Assembly (NCBI RefSeq): GCF_009914755.1
Contig: NC_060926.1
Direction: 5' to 3' (one strand)
DNA length: 64,000 nt
Origin: the human T2T-CHM13v2.0 reference genome, Homo sapiens
The position numbers were made by a program, and so were the translations under genes. Positions 44,820 to 58,008 of the stretch are shown here, one piece after another; the stretch's first letter is position 1; every line of letters begins with the position of its first letter. The notes beneath the pieces were generated by a model. It worked only from the letters and a program-made list of their open reading frames with translations, had not been told where the DNA came from and did no database searches.

Positions 44820-45610
44820 AGCACTGAAGGACGTTTAGAGAGGCCAGCCCTCAGGAAGCACATAGTCTAATGGGGAAGATAAATAGTAAGTATTGACATT
44901 ATGGCAATAAAATTTTAACTGTACAAAGTTCAAAGAAGGAAATATAAATATGCTATTACTGAATGTAACCAAAGGACTTGATGGTAGACTGGGAGTTCAG
45001 GAAAGCTCTCCAATGGACAAGAATGCTTGAAATAAAGCCAAAAAAATGAAATTACACATTGGTCACCCAAAAAAGGGGAAGACAATATATGGTGTATGCT
45101 TGTGGCTGACAGAAGAAAGCATGAAAATATGTCATTAGGTCAATGTTTAGTTGTTCAAAGCTAGAATGAAGACCAATGTAAATGAACCATGGCAAAGCAG
45201 GAAGCCATATCAGGTAAGGCATTGTAAGCCACAGAAAATATTTTAAGCTTTATACAAAGAGGATCAGAAGACACCGAAAGGTTTTAAGAGGTATCAACAT
45301 CATCAGGTTTTTAAAAATAATACTCTATTCTGCAGAGAGTAGATTAGAGGGATACAAAGGCATATAAAGAGAGCTCAGGAGGCTATCACAGGAGTCTGTG
45401 CAAGATATTTGAATCTGGCCAATTACTGTGGAAACAGAGAGAAGTGGACAGGGTCAACTTGACATATAGAGTGTGAGAGGTGAGTGACAGAAAGGGGTTA
45501 AGGATGACAGAGATTTCTAGCATGAGCAAATAGATGGATGATGTTTTCATTTAAAGATAGGAAAAACTGGAGGAGACAGGGATTGTCGTAGAGACGATCA
45601 AGTGTGTAGC
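44820..45610 (-). mobile_element. L2 fragment
   Basis: CCCTCAGGAAGCACATAGTCTAATGGGG...AAGGATGACAGAGATTTCTAGC...GATAGGAAAAACTGGAGGAG. Confidence 0.7.
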
Positions 45611-45689
45611 AATTGATACTGCACGGGGGTAAAAAAGACTTCTTTTCTCACCATGTTAAATTCATGGCTGAAATACATGTACGGCCTAG

Positions 45690-45863
45690 TGCTACATACT
45701 TTTATACAACCAGATCTCATAAGAACTCACTCACTATCACGAGAACAGCAAGAGGGGAAATCCACTCCCATGATCCAAACACCTGCCACCAAGTCCTCCC
45801 CCAACACTGGGAGTTAAAACTCGACATAAGATTTGGGTGGGGACACAGAACAGAACCCTATGA
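45690..45863 (-). mobile_element. MST LTR 5' half
   Basis: CAACCAGATCTCATAAGAACTCACTCACTATCACGAGAACAGC...GATTTGGGTGGGGACACAG. Confidence 0.85.
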
Positions 45864-46207
45864 GCTCGTATATAATATTACATAGAATAAATAAAAATTA
45901 GATTTTAATATTGCATTTTCTGCTGGGGTAACATAAAAATACATTGTACATAATTGTCTGTGAAAGGAGAAAGTGAAAAGAAATGAAGCTTAAATAGTTT
46001 CCATTATTTCTAACCCATAACCAACGTTCACTTGTATAGTTATAGGGTAAAACTGGAATTACATGGCTGTTCAATTACTGTGAACTAATGTAATTGCTTT
46101 TAAGTTTGTTGTTTAAATATTGAAGCCAGTGGAAAAGGCCTTTTCTTCTTGACTTGTACAGAATTGAAATTCCCTTCACATTTGATCTAGATTTAAATGT
46201 CATTTCT

Positions 46208-46460
46208 CCACCAGGCGCGGAGGCTCATGTCTATAATCCCAGCACTTTGGGAGGCAAGGCAAGTGGATTGCTTGAGCTCAGAAGTTTGAGGCCACCCTTG
46301 GCAACATGGTGAAACCTCGTCTCTAAAAAAATAAAAATAAAAATAAATGAGCTGAGCATGGTAGCATGTGCCTATAGTCCCAGCTACAGGTGGGCTGTTC
46401 ACACCACTGCACTCCAGCCTGGATGACAAAGTGAGAGACGCTGTTTAAAAAAATAAAAGA
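46208..46460 (+). mobile_element. AluJ with an internal right-arm deletion
   Basis: GGATTGCTTGAGCTCAG; right arm jumps from CAGCTACAGGTGGGCTG to CACACCACTGCACTCC. Confidence 0.88.
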
Positions 46461-46661
46461 AAGAATAGTAATTACCATTTCTCCTTTAATCCTACAAGTA
46501 TAGACAATGGGTATTCTCAATTTTTATTTTTTTCTTTTTATCACATAGCACATGTTTTCCTTTTAGTAATGGTAATAAAAATTACTCAAATTAATGATTT
46601 TATATCCTTTAAAAGAAAAAACTTTTCAAATTTGAATATTGCTTTCCACATTATATTTTAA

Positions 46662-46982
<321 letters not shown>

Positions 46983-47441
46983 CAGAACCCTATTTCTGAA
47001 TTTAATATAAAAGCTTGGAAAGATAACTAGAATTTTCCCTTGTTAAGAATTTTTAAATGTAAGTTAATATGAAAAATTAACCTAATACTCTTTGTGGCTC
47101 TTTTCCCTCTCAGTTTTCTAAGCCAAAATTTGGAACTAGAGACTCATACTGCCAATGGCATGAGAATTACATAGTTGTTTTCTCTAAAGTGTTCAAAGCT
47201 ATTGTGGAATCATTTTTTAACTGAATTAATATTCCAGTAAAAAAATAAAGGGGCCAAAATTCAAGTCTAAACAATTTCTCTGCAGATCAACACTCTGAAG
47301 ATAGATAATTTATATAATTAAAGTGTTAGATTATTGCTTTTAAAAATCCAACTAAATAGTAGTAAATTAATTGCATCCAACCGAAGAATACCTCTCATTA
47401 AAAGAAAATGCTGAGAGCTGGATCATAGTCAGGCTGGCGAA

Positions 47442-47464
47442 GTAGCAACGGTTACCATGGAGGC
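47442..47464. promoter_or_regulatory. RFX X-box-like motif plus adjacent half site
   Basis: Minus strand GCCTCCATGGTAAC (47464-47451) versus GTNRCC(N0-3)RGYAAC, next to GTAGCAAC; lies in a small CpG cluster in unique DNA. Confidence 0.45.
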
Positions 47465-48659
47465 AAATTGGAACAGATAGAAAAGACCGCAATATATCAA
47501 ACTTAACACCTCAACTTGCGCCTCGGTAATTACTTCATACCAACATCCCATTGCTTTAAAGACATTCTGTGCTGGTTTGTTATAAGAGCACGCTGACATA
47601 TCATTAGGCTTCAGATTTTCACAGCTCCTATAAAAGTTTTCATTGTGATTCTTTTTGTTAATCTTCCTTATGTTTTTGAATTGACCTCGGCAATCATAAC
47701 TACAGATTTCTGACTTTTTTAAATATAGCATTTCTGATATTTTTCTCAAAATTAATGAAAATTATTCCAGTGACTATCCCAGTGGGTTCATAAGGAAAAG
47801 AGAAATATACTAGTTCCAAAATTAAAAGTAAACAAGACCATTTTTAGGAAAAAAAAATTGTATTTATCTTTTTACACCTGTAATACTCTAAACGATCTAT
47901 TAAATAGTATTTGCAATAATTAAAAACAACAAAGTTTCTCTTATTTCTTATAAGTTGGCTCCCAGTATGAGAATGGAGCTCACTTACCTTCATATGCATA
48001 TTTTGGATTGAAAAAAATGTCCCCACAGCCTAATATGTTGGGGTATGCATCATAGCCACAGTACATCAATAACACATTTTTTCAGCTGTTTTTTTAGCTA
48101 ACTATCCATACTTTTCACAGTAAAGTTAAGATAAATTTAATTTATCCACTGCTTAGCAATCGTCATCAATGGCTAAAAGATGCCCAGTACACTACTGAAA
48201 TATTGAAATGTACATAGAGGGCAAAATTACAATTGAAAACTTTTATTTATTTACTTCCCCCAATTGCATGATGTTAACTGAAACCTACACGCTCTGGCAT
48301 GTTGGTTTATTTGAACATGAATTCTTCATATGACTAAATTGGCCCAATTTATTGAACACCTCATTATAAGTCATACCCCTTCTTATTTGGTAATTCCTAA
48401 TGCCAGAAATTATGGCAATAAAAATGAATTAATATGTAGAAGTAATAACTTTGTTAATACAGGTATTTGTATACTTTTTCTTCATGTAAATAAGTAAATA
48501 ACTCATGTATATGTTCATTTCTAATGAAAAATGCAAAATCAATGTTCTCATCTTCTCACTGTTCTAGTCATGAGCTGTCAATAATTAACTCCTTAGAAGA
48601 TTTTATAGAGTCAATTTTTATAAATAGAGGTATTGGTAGTGACAGGAATCAATATAATA

Positions 48660-49420
48660 TAAGTCCCCTCCCAACTTTCTCTACCCTGTCTTCCAGGGAA
48701 AAATAGCACTTTGTACTCAATAGACTGAACCAAATAGATCTAGATTTTCTCTTCCCTTTCATTCCCTCACCACAATCAGTCTCAAAATTCCCCTTCTTAA
48801 ATGGGCCTGAATCTGTTCCTTTTCCAATATCCACACTGTCATTGCTTTAATTCAGAGTTACAATACTTTTCACTTGGATTATTGCAACTCTTTCAGCTGG
48901 CCCCTACCTAGCTTCCTCTGTCATCTTCTTACTCTCCATTCTCTATTGCCAGAGCTGTCTTTCTACACCTCAAAACTATTCATATTCGTGTCTTTAGGAA
49001 ATTCACCAACAGCTCTCAATTGCTTTAAGGACAAAATCTGAACTTTTCAGCAGCTCTTCATGGCTTTCATGTGTGGTCCTTGCTTGCCTGTCCAGCCTCA
49101 TCCGCCATCACCTCATAAAAACTAATAATTTAACACCACTTGAAATTTGCAGGAGCAATAATCTCTTAGGCCCTCATGTGCCTCCAGGACTTAGCTCCCA
49201 TTCCCACTCCTCCCAGGTCCTACCACCTCCCTTTCCTCCCAGGCTCAGTTAGGTGTATCTCCTTTGGACTCTGGTCTATTATATTTGTACACATCACCAC
49301 AATGCTTGTGTGCTTGTCTTCTCCTCTAGATTCTGCCCTTATGACCATGAGCTCCCAAAGGGTAAAATGTTTCTTAATTTCTAGACAATGTGTTCAATGT
49401 ATAGACACATGGATATTTTT
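48660..49420 (+). mobile_element. L2 fragment
   Basis: TTTCACTTGGATTATTGCAAC...GCCAGAG...TTGCTTTAAGGACAAAATC. Confidence 0.7.
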
Positions 49421-49514
49421 TACAAAACTTGAACTTCTGAGGAAAGTCCTTACTTTATTATTCACTTTATTTCATTGTTCTCATAAGTACAGAATAATAT
49501 TTTAGGTATGTCAC

Positions 49515-50028
49515 TGATGGGGTTCAGGGCATAATACCCCCAAAATATTTTAGGCCAAAGGAATTTTATAAAACCACAGAAGCTTGAAGGTCACTCTTTG
49601 ATCTGCCCTTCTCCCCTGAAACAGGTCATAAAACCTAGGAAGAATTTTCCGAACTTCCCCTGAAGGGGTCCTCAAGTGAGAAGTGCCCTTTCTATACCAG
49701 ATGAAAAGAACATGCTTATCTCCAAAGATAAGGAAGAATCTGAACAAATAGGCCTTGCTATATTTCCTCCAGTTTAGTACTATTAAATCACACTTCTTTA
49801 TCCAATCATACATCTCCATGACTCTATCTACTTCATCAAACCCGGCATAACAAATATACAGGTTTACCCATTTCTTTGCATCTTCATTTCATTATGAAGG
49901 CTCTTGTATCACATGAAACTTATATTAAATAAACTTGTATGTTTTACTCTTGTTCATAAATCTTTTGTTATCAGGGCCTCAGCCATGAACCTAGGATCGG
50001 TAAGGAAAAGGTACTTCCTCTACCCTAC
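49515..50028 (+). mobile_element. MER34/MER39-group ERV1 solo LTR
   Basis: TGATGGGGTTCAGGGCATAATACCCCCAAAATAT start; ATTAAATAAACTTG and GGGCCTCAGCCATGAACC near the end. Confidence 0.75.
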
Positions 50029-50799
50029 CTCCTCATTTTTAGTATAAAAAATATTATAAACATAGATTTAATTGTGTAGGTCAAAGAGAAGGAAAAAAAT
50101 AACATGCTGTGGCACTTTATGGTAAATAAAAATAATAACTTTCCCAGTTACTAAAAAGAAATAGAAATTTATCAATTTCTTACTGTTAGAAGTCTTCTGT
50201 CTATAGGCCAGAACTTGGGCAGTCTTCTCTCTCAGTTTATACTGAAAACATTCAATTTCCTTTTTATTATAATTGTCAATTAAAATTATCTTAAAAAAGA
50301 CATTAATTTGCTCACTTTGCACTTCCGATTAGCTTAACAGAACTCAATTGTCAATTGCAGTTTCTACCTCTTCTTTTCAGTGATAACAGAGAAATACTAA
50401 ACCACAGCAGTGATAACACAGCTTCAATCAGAGTAACTGTCATTCTCTTATTTTAAGACAAAATCCTGGACACTTAATTTGTATGTGTTTCATTCATAAC
50501 TTCCAACTTTCCCATAGGTCATATCAACTTTAAACATTTTACTTAACTGAGCTCTGTGAGCATTTTACAACATATGATAATTATATATGTGTTATGTAAA
50601 TATATAAAACATATATATGAGGCAATCAGAGTAAGAGCTGGAGTGATCATACTTCAGAAGTTAGTTGTCCTTAACATTAACCCGTCTCTCTTTTATCTCA
50701 TGTGCCACAGTATCACAGTATCATCCTCTATGAGTGTCATAACATGAGAAAGTTTGGGAAGTTCTATCATACAGTTTCATCAGTAACAGCAAATCTTTA

Positions 50800-51300
50800 A
50801 CGTACACATTATTTTCCTCATCTAAACTTGCTTTGATGCTTGTATTCTCTACGTCATTGGCTTGTGCCACCACCCAACCAGTCAACCAGATTAGAAATAT
50901 GACTCCTGTCTCTCACCACCTTCTAATTACTGACAAGTTTAACTGCTGACTATTTCTCCAGATAGTCGATTCTACTCTCTATACTTCCACTATCCGTCCA
51001 ATTCATCATGATCTGTCATATGAAATATGGCCTCCTAAATGGTCTCCTTTTAATTTGATCAATTTCAAAATTATGCTTCACAGAGCCACCTTTCCAACAA
51101 TAAATGTGACCGCTCCATATACTAAAATGCTACAGTGGTTTTCCATTATTAGTAGAATAAACTCCTTGCTTCTCAAAACTGGATCACATAAAGCACTCCA
51201 CGAAATGGCCAATACCCAATTCTTAGCTACTTCCAGCTAAAGTTCCAGAAAGATCACACTGCTTGTACTTCATCATATAAAACCAACATTTTTTCATCCT
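50800..51300 (+). mobile_element. L2 fragment
   Basis: CACCACCCAACCAGTCAACCAGATTAGAAA...CCTCCTAAATGGTCTCC...AAAATGCTACAGTGGTTTTCCATT. Confidence 0.6.
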
Positions 51301-51304
51301 CATT

Positions 51305-52622
51305 CAGTAATATGCTGGTAAATTAGTCTCACAGTGGGGAGATATAGATAGAACCCAGATTTGTAACATTTGCCAACATTTATGTTGCAAATACTCCTAC
51401 CGTGGCTAATAGTAAGCTACTAACATGGCATCACTGAATGTGAAGTTGAGTAGAGATACAGAGTAGTGTAAACTAAAAATAAAATTCCAGGCCCACCCCA
51501 ACCATCTGAATGGACCCCTCCTCTCAACCACAGGCATTCTAAAGTTTACCTAAAAAACTAGTTGAGGCCATGATGGGAAGGGGGGTCAAATATGCCTCAT
51601 TATACCCCGCTCCCTTTGGAATTCAGGCACAACTGACCAGCATTAACATTAAAATGGATATCTTAATACTTTTTGTAGCAATAAGACACCAAATTCCAGC
51701 CTGACACTAGTACAGCATCACATGAGAGACAGCAGCCCCAGAAAGAAATTGAAGTATTTTACCCCGAAATAGATTTCTTTGACATATTTTGAAATGGTCC
51801 TGCAAAGCTGTCTCTTGTGGCTTCAAAAAATCTACATTCTGCAGGAAATCCCCTTCCCTTTCCAGGTCTTTTCCTTGATCCAGGAGAGAATTAACATTAA
51901 GAGTCTGGTAGCTTTTCAAGTCTGATAAAAAACATTTACAATCTATTATCTCTGAAGCCTACTACCTAGAGGCTTCATCTGCATAATAATAACCTTGGTC
52001 TTAACTTCTTATCTTAACCCAGACACTCTCTTGTATGGATTCCAGGTCTTTAGACAAACTCTTTCAACCAATTGCCAGTCAGGAAATCTTTGAATCCACC
52101 TATAACCTGGAAGCCCCCACTTTGAGTTGTCTTACCTTTCTAGACCAAATCAATGTAAATCTTGCATGTACTGATTGATGTCTTAAGTCTCCCTAAAATG
52201 TATAATATAACACCAACCTTTAGCCTGATCACCTTGGGCATGTGTCATCAGGACCTTCTGAGGCTGTGGCGCAGGCATATCCTTAACCTTGGCAAAACAA
52301 ACTTCTAAATTGATTGAGATTTGTCTCAGATACTTTTTGGTTTACAGTAGCACTTGATAATATAGTAATTTTACCACACAGTTAAAATAGACACATACTT
52401 AAGAGCATAGATGTGCCTAAGAGCATAGGTAATAGTAAAAGGTAGTTAAATAAATAGGAAGTAATAAGTTCTTTTATGTTTATTATTTTGCATTTAATAT
52501 AATTTATTTAAGGGTCAGTTTATATAACCTATTTAATAATGGCTGTATTCAAAAATCAATCACAAAATCGCTGAAAATTTAACAACCATCTCCTGCACAC
52601 CAATATAAGCTGCCTTTGCTCA
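51305..52622 (-). mobile_element. MER63 (hAT) element split by a MER4 LTR
   Basis: AAATACTCCTACCGTGGC...CATCACTGAATGTGAAGTTG, resuming AAGAGCATAG...AATGGCTG...CTGAAAATTTAACAACC. Confidence 0.75.
51467..52346 (+). mobile_element. MER4-family ERV1 solo LTR (880 bp)
   Basis: TGTAAACTAAAAATAAAATTCC...TGAATGGACCCCTCC ... TCTCAGATACTTTTTGGTTTACA; 4-bp TSD GTAG. Confidence 0.9.
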
Positions 52623-52709
52623 TGGTATTCCTACATGTGGAGTGCCATCTTATCCAATTCTTCAGCCTTCCTCCTTGCCACCCCAGGACTGCAAATCCTT
52701 TAAGCCCAA

Positions 52710-53484
52710 TTTTCTCAAAGTATGATCACGGATACATGCTTCAAATCCCCTGGAGTTTCCAGAATGCATATTTTCTAGAATGCATGTTCCTGGGCTTCTC
52801 CTCCCAGACTTGCTGAATCTGTAATTCCCTTGTAGGGGACTAAAGAAAAGCTTCCAATTTGCCCTTTGAAGGTTTGCTGAAAAATCAATTCACAAAAAGA
52901 GATTAACTGGAGAAAAGGCATACACATTTATTAAAGTGCACATGAGGGAAAAACCACAGCATGATTACCCCCATGCCCCAGTGGGGTTCAAAAATTTATA
53001 TACCCTCCTGTGGTTACAGAAAGAATGGCAGCTTGGATCATGGCAAAACAGGTTATGGTAGCAAAACAGGTTATGGGAGAGGGAGAAGAGGAAGCCTGGC
53101 TAGCAAATGTGGTCTTGTTATATAGATGAAACTCACATGTAGCAGCCCTCAGACAGAACAGATGGTGAATGTTTCTTTCAAACCTTTAAAGGTGTCAGAC
53201 TCTCAGTTAATATTTCCTAGATCTGGACAAAGAAAGGCCTCAGAGAAAATCTGGCTGCATCATGCAGATTTTCTCTATAGATGCAAATCTCCCCCAACAA
53301 AAGACAACCTTGCAGGATTACTTCTGTTTGCAGGCCCTCTGAACAAACATCTCAAAATATGACAAAGAAGTATATTTTGGGGTGAAATATTTTTCTTTCC
53401 TTCACCCTGAAAGCCTAGGAATCTGCAATTTAGCAAGCTGGTTTGCTAGGAGAGTCTGAAGCACGTTAAAGTTTGAGAACCATT
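52710..53484 (+). mobile_element. MER5A split by an LTR
   Basis: TTCTCAAAGT...CCCAGACTTGCTGAATC, resuming AGGAATCTGCAATTTAGCAAGC...AAAGTTTGAGAACCA. Confidence 0.75.
52831..53404 (-). mobile_element. MER39-like ERV1 solo LTR
   Basis: Minus strand TGAAGGAAAGAAAAATATTTCACCCCAAAATAT; TG..CA ends; 4-bp TSD CCCT. Confidence 0.82.
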
Positions 53485-54105
53485 TGTTGAAACTATTCTT
53501 CTGCTAAGGTGTTGTAACACTCAGGAGGTTTTTCCTGTCTGACTCACTCCCATGAGGACAGGATAGGGAAAGAGCAAGGTCACAGGGGCTTGAAATGGTG
53601 TGGCATAGAAAACTATGATACTTCAGCAGGCCCACAGGGTGGAAGGTAAGAAGTGTAAATTGTAAAGTAAGGTCTATAGAGGCTGATAAGGGATGTCCCA
53701 TGGAAGGCCCTTTATTGCAAATGTGGACTATGGTCTTTATGGCTAACACAGTGAAAAATAATTGAAGAGTCTGAAGCCAAAAAGTAACAACCAATATTTG
53801 AATAACACAGCTCAATCTTCCTTTTCCTTGTGGAAACAGTAATAACTCATTGAAAAGAACAAAACCATTTTAAACAAAATTATATAAATTTTTCTCAGCT
53901 TGACTAAAATCCTGCATCTGTTATCTATAGGAGAAATAACCTCCATTATAAACAAAAGGAAACAAATGAAAACAACACAAGTTCTAATTCTTTTATTCCT
54001 AGATGGACAGCCTCTCTTTGAGCAAAGCAGTTGACAAAAGGCAATGATTCCTGTTCCTTCAATTAAATCTTCCCTTTCAGATTGCCTTTCCCTAATTAGT
54101 ACCAC

Positions 54106-54350
54106 CTGTCAGGGAAGAAAAACTTTTCCTCTACCCTTTTATGTTTAGTAATTGAGGACCTGAAAATTAAACAGACAAAAGCAAATCAGCAAAAGAAAGA
54201 AACAGATTTAATTACATGTGTATATACAAGCATTCACAAAGAAATGTGGTTCAAGGAAGTGGTTAGAATAGGGGTTTATATGCCAGTTGAATAAGTGATC
54301 AGGAGGGGCAGAGGGGCTCTTCTGGAAGAACAAATGACTTCTTAGAAAGT
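54106..54350 (-). mobile_element. ERV1-type LTR fragment
   Basis: TGTCAGGGAAGAAAAACTTTTCCTCTACCC...GACAAAAGCAAATCAGC...TTTAATTACATG. Confidence 0.5.
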
Positions 54351-54357
54351 AAGTAGA

Positions 54358-54680
<323 letters not shown>

Positions 54681-54687
54681 TTATAGG

Positions 54688-57600
54688 ATGAAGCAAGATG
54701 GTGGAATAGAGGGTTTTACTAATTGTCCCCATCCCCAGCAAGGACACCAAGTTAATAACTATCTATACAGACAAAAACAACTTCATAAGAATCAAAAATC
54801 AGGTGAGCACTCACAGTACCTGGTTTTAACTTTATATCACTGAAAAAGGTGTTGAAGAGATAGAAAAAAACTGTCTAGAATGCTGACACCATCCCTCTCC
54901 CAGCCTTGGCAGCAAGGGCATGGTGCTGAGAGCATTTCTGGGCACTGGAGAAGGGAGAACACAGCAACTGTGAGGCACTGAACTCAGCACTGTCCTGTTA
55001 ATGCAGAAAGAAAAACCAGACCAAACTCAGCTGACATCTGCCCACAGAGGGAGCATTTAAACCAGCCCTAGCCAGAGAGGAATTGAGGATCCCAGCAGTC
55101 AGAAATTGAGTGCCTGCCAACTTCACCAACGAAGGCTACAGTACTCTGTGTCTCCAAGTAAATCTGAAAGGCAGTCAAGGCCATAAGCACCGCAACTCTT
55201 AGGCAAGTCCTAGTACTGAACTAGGCCCAGATACAGTGGACTTGGGGAGTGCTAGGGAGTGGCACGTGACACACTGAGACACCAGCTGGGGCAGCCAAGG
55301 GAGTACTGGCATCACCCCTCCCCTAACCCTAGGCTGCACAGCTCATGACTCCAAAAGAGACCTCTTCCTTCTGCTTGAGAAGAGGACAGGGAAGAGTGGG
55401 GAGGACTTTGTCTTCCATCTTAGATACTAGCTCAGCTACAGCAGGATAGGGTACTGGGCAGCATCGTGAGGTCCCCGTTCTAGGGCTTAGCGCCCAGTCA
55501 ATATATCTAGGCACACCCTGGGCCAGAAAGGAACCCACTGCCTTGAAGGAAAGGACCAAGTGCTGAAAGCATTCATCACCTGCTAATTGAATAGCCCTTG
55601 CAAACAGAACAACCAGCGGTGATACCCAGGTAACTATGTCAAGGTTCTTGAGTGAGCCTCTGAGATTTGCTGGCTTCAGTTGAGACTCAGCACATTACCA
55701 GCTGTGGTGGCAATGGGGAAAAACTCCTTCTGTTTGAGAAAAGCAGAGGGAAAAGTAAAGAAAACTTTGTCCTACCCTTATGCATCAGCATCGCCATAGG
55801 AGGAAATAGTACCAACCAGGCTCTTGGGGTCTCCAGTTCTAGGACTTGATTCTTGGACAGCATTTCTGGATCTGCCCGGGGCCAGAGGGGAGCCCACTAC
55901 CCTGAAGGGTGAATCCCAGACCAGGCAGCATTCACCACAAGCTGAGTTAAGAACTCTTGTGCCTTAGGGAAAGATTGGCTGGTAGTCTGGCAGTATTCCT
56001 CATGGCCAGGGCTGGTGGTAGCTACAGGGTAAGTCTCCTCTGCTTTTGAAAGGGGAAAGAACAGCAGGAAGAACTGGGTCTTGTAGTTTGAGCGCCAGCT
56101 CAGCTGAAATACAATAGAACACCAGGTCAACTTCTAAGGTTTTTTACTCTAGTTACTGACTCCTGGATAGCACTTCTGGACCCACATAGGGCCTAGGAGA
56201 CCTTGTTGCCCTGAAGGGAAGGACATATACCAGGCTGGCTTTGCTACCTTCTGATTCTAGAGCCCCAGGGCCTTGAGAGAACACAGGCAAAAGCCAGGGA
56301 GTGGTTACAGCAGGCCTTGGATAAAACTCAGTGATATGCTGGCTTCAGGTCTGACCCATTGCAATCACAGTGGCAGTGATTGCACACTGTGATGGCCACA
56401 GAGATGCCAGTGTCACTCCACCCCCAGGTTGAGATGGCTCAGAACAGAGAGAGAAATTCCACTTGTTTGGGACAAAGTAAGGAAAAGAACAAGAGTCTCT
56501 ACCTGGTAATCCAGAGAATTCTCCCAGGTCTTGTCCTAGACTATCAACATAGTACATCTGCAAGTCTGTAAGAACCAAAGCATTCCTGGACTATGGGTGC
56601 CCCCTAAAGTAGATACAGCTTAGATCACAAAACCCAAGTCCTTTCAAATATCTGGAAAGCCTTCCTGAGAAGGATGGCTACAAATAATCCTTGACAGTGA
56701 AGACTACAATAAATACCAAATTCTTCAATGCCCAGACACTGAAGAACATCCACTAAAATCAACATCCAGGAAAGCATGACCTCACCAAATAAACTAAATA
56801 ATTCACCAGGAACCAATCCTGGAGAAATAGAGATATGTGACCTTCTAGAAGAGAATTTAAAATAGCTGTGTTGAAGAAACTCAAAGAAATTCAAGATAAC
56901 ACAGAGAAGGAACTTATAATTCTATGACATAAATTTAACAAAGAGATTGAAATAATTTAAAAAAAGACGCAGAACTTCTAAAGCTAAAAAATAAAATTAG
57001 TATACTGAAGAATGCATCAGAATCCTTTAATTGCAGAATTTATCAAACAGAAGAATTTGTGAGCTTGAAGATAGGCTGTTTGAAAACACACAGTCAGAGG
57101 AGACAAAAGAAAAAAAGAATAAAAAACAATAAAGCCTGCCTACAGGATCTAGAAAATAGCTCAAAAGGGCAAATATAAGAGTTATTAGCCTTAAATAGGA
57201 GATAGAGAAAGAGATAAGATTAGAAAGTTTATTCAAAGAAATAATAACCAAGAACTTCCCAAACCTAAAGAAAGATATCAATATCTAAGCACAAGAAGGT
57301 TATACATCAAGCAGATTTAACCAAAAAAAGACTACTTCAAGGCATTTAATAATTAAACTCCCAACAGTCAAGGATAAAGAAAGGGTCCAAAAAGAAGCAA
57401 GAGAAAAGAAACAAATAACTTACAATGGAGCTCCAATATATCTGGTAGCAGACTTCTCAGTGGAAACATTACAAGCCACGAAAGAGAGGCATGACATATT
57501 TAAAGTATTGAAGAAAAATAAAATTTTTTCCTAGAGAAGTATATCTGGTAAAAATACCCTTCAAACATGAAGGAAAAAAAAGATTCTTCCAGACAAACAA

Positions 57601-58008
57601 AAGCTGAGGGATTTCATGTATACCACATCTTTTCTACAAAAATTCACTAAAGGGAGTATTTCAATGAGAAAGAAAAGGACATTAATGAGCAATAAGTAAT
57701 CACCTGAAGGTACAAAAATCACTGGTAACAGTAACTACACAGAAAAACACAGAATATTATAACACTGTGGCTCTGGAGTAAATTACTCTTATCCTAAATA
57801 GAAAGACTCAATGATGAACCAATCAAAAATAATAAATACAACTAAATTTTCAAGACATAGTCAGTACAATAAGATATAAATAGAAACAACTGAAAGTTAA
57901 AAAGTTGGGGGATGAAGTTAAGGCATAGGGATTTTATTAGCCTTCTTTTTACTTGTTTGTTTTTTTATGCAAATACTGTTAAGCTTTAACCATTTAAAAT
58001 AATGAGTT
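54688..58008 (+). mobile_element. Older L1 (L1MA/L1M2-like) 5'UTR plus decayed ORF1, interrupted by a younger L1PA
   Basis: GCAAGATGGTGGAATAG start; long 5'UTR; ORF1 relics (CATGACCTCACCAAAT, AGAACTTCCCAAACCTA, GCAGACTTCTCAG, GCTGAGGGATTTC). Confidence 0.85.

Noticed and set aside
47457-47480. Plus-strand ATG in good Kozak context (accATGG)
   Set aside because: Stops after 7 codons; better explained as part of the X-box motif
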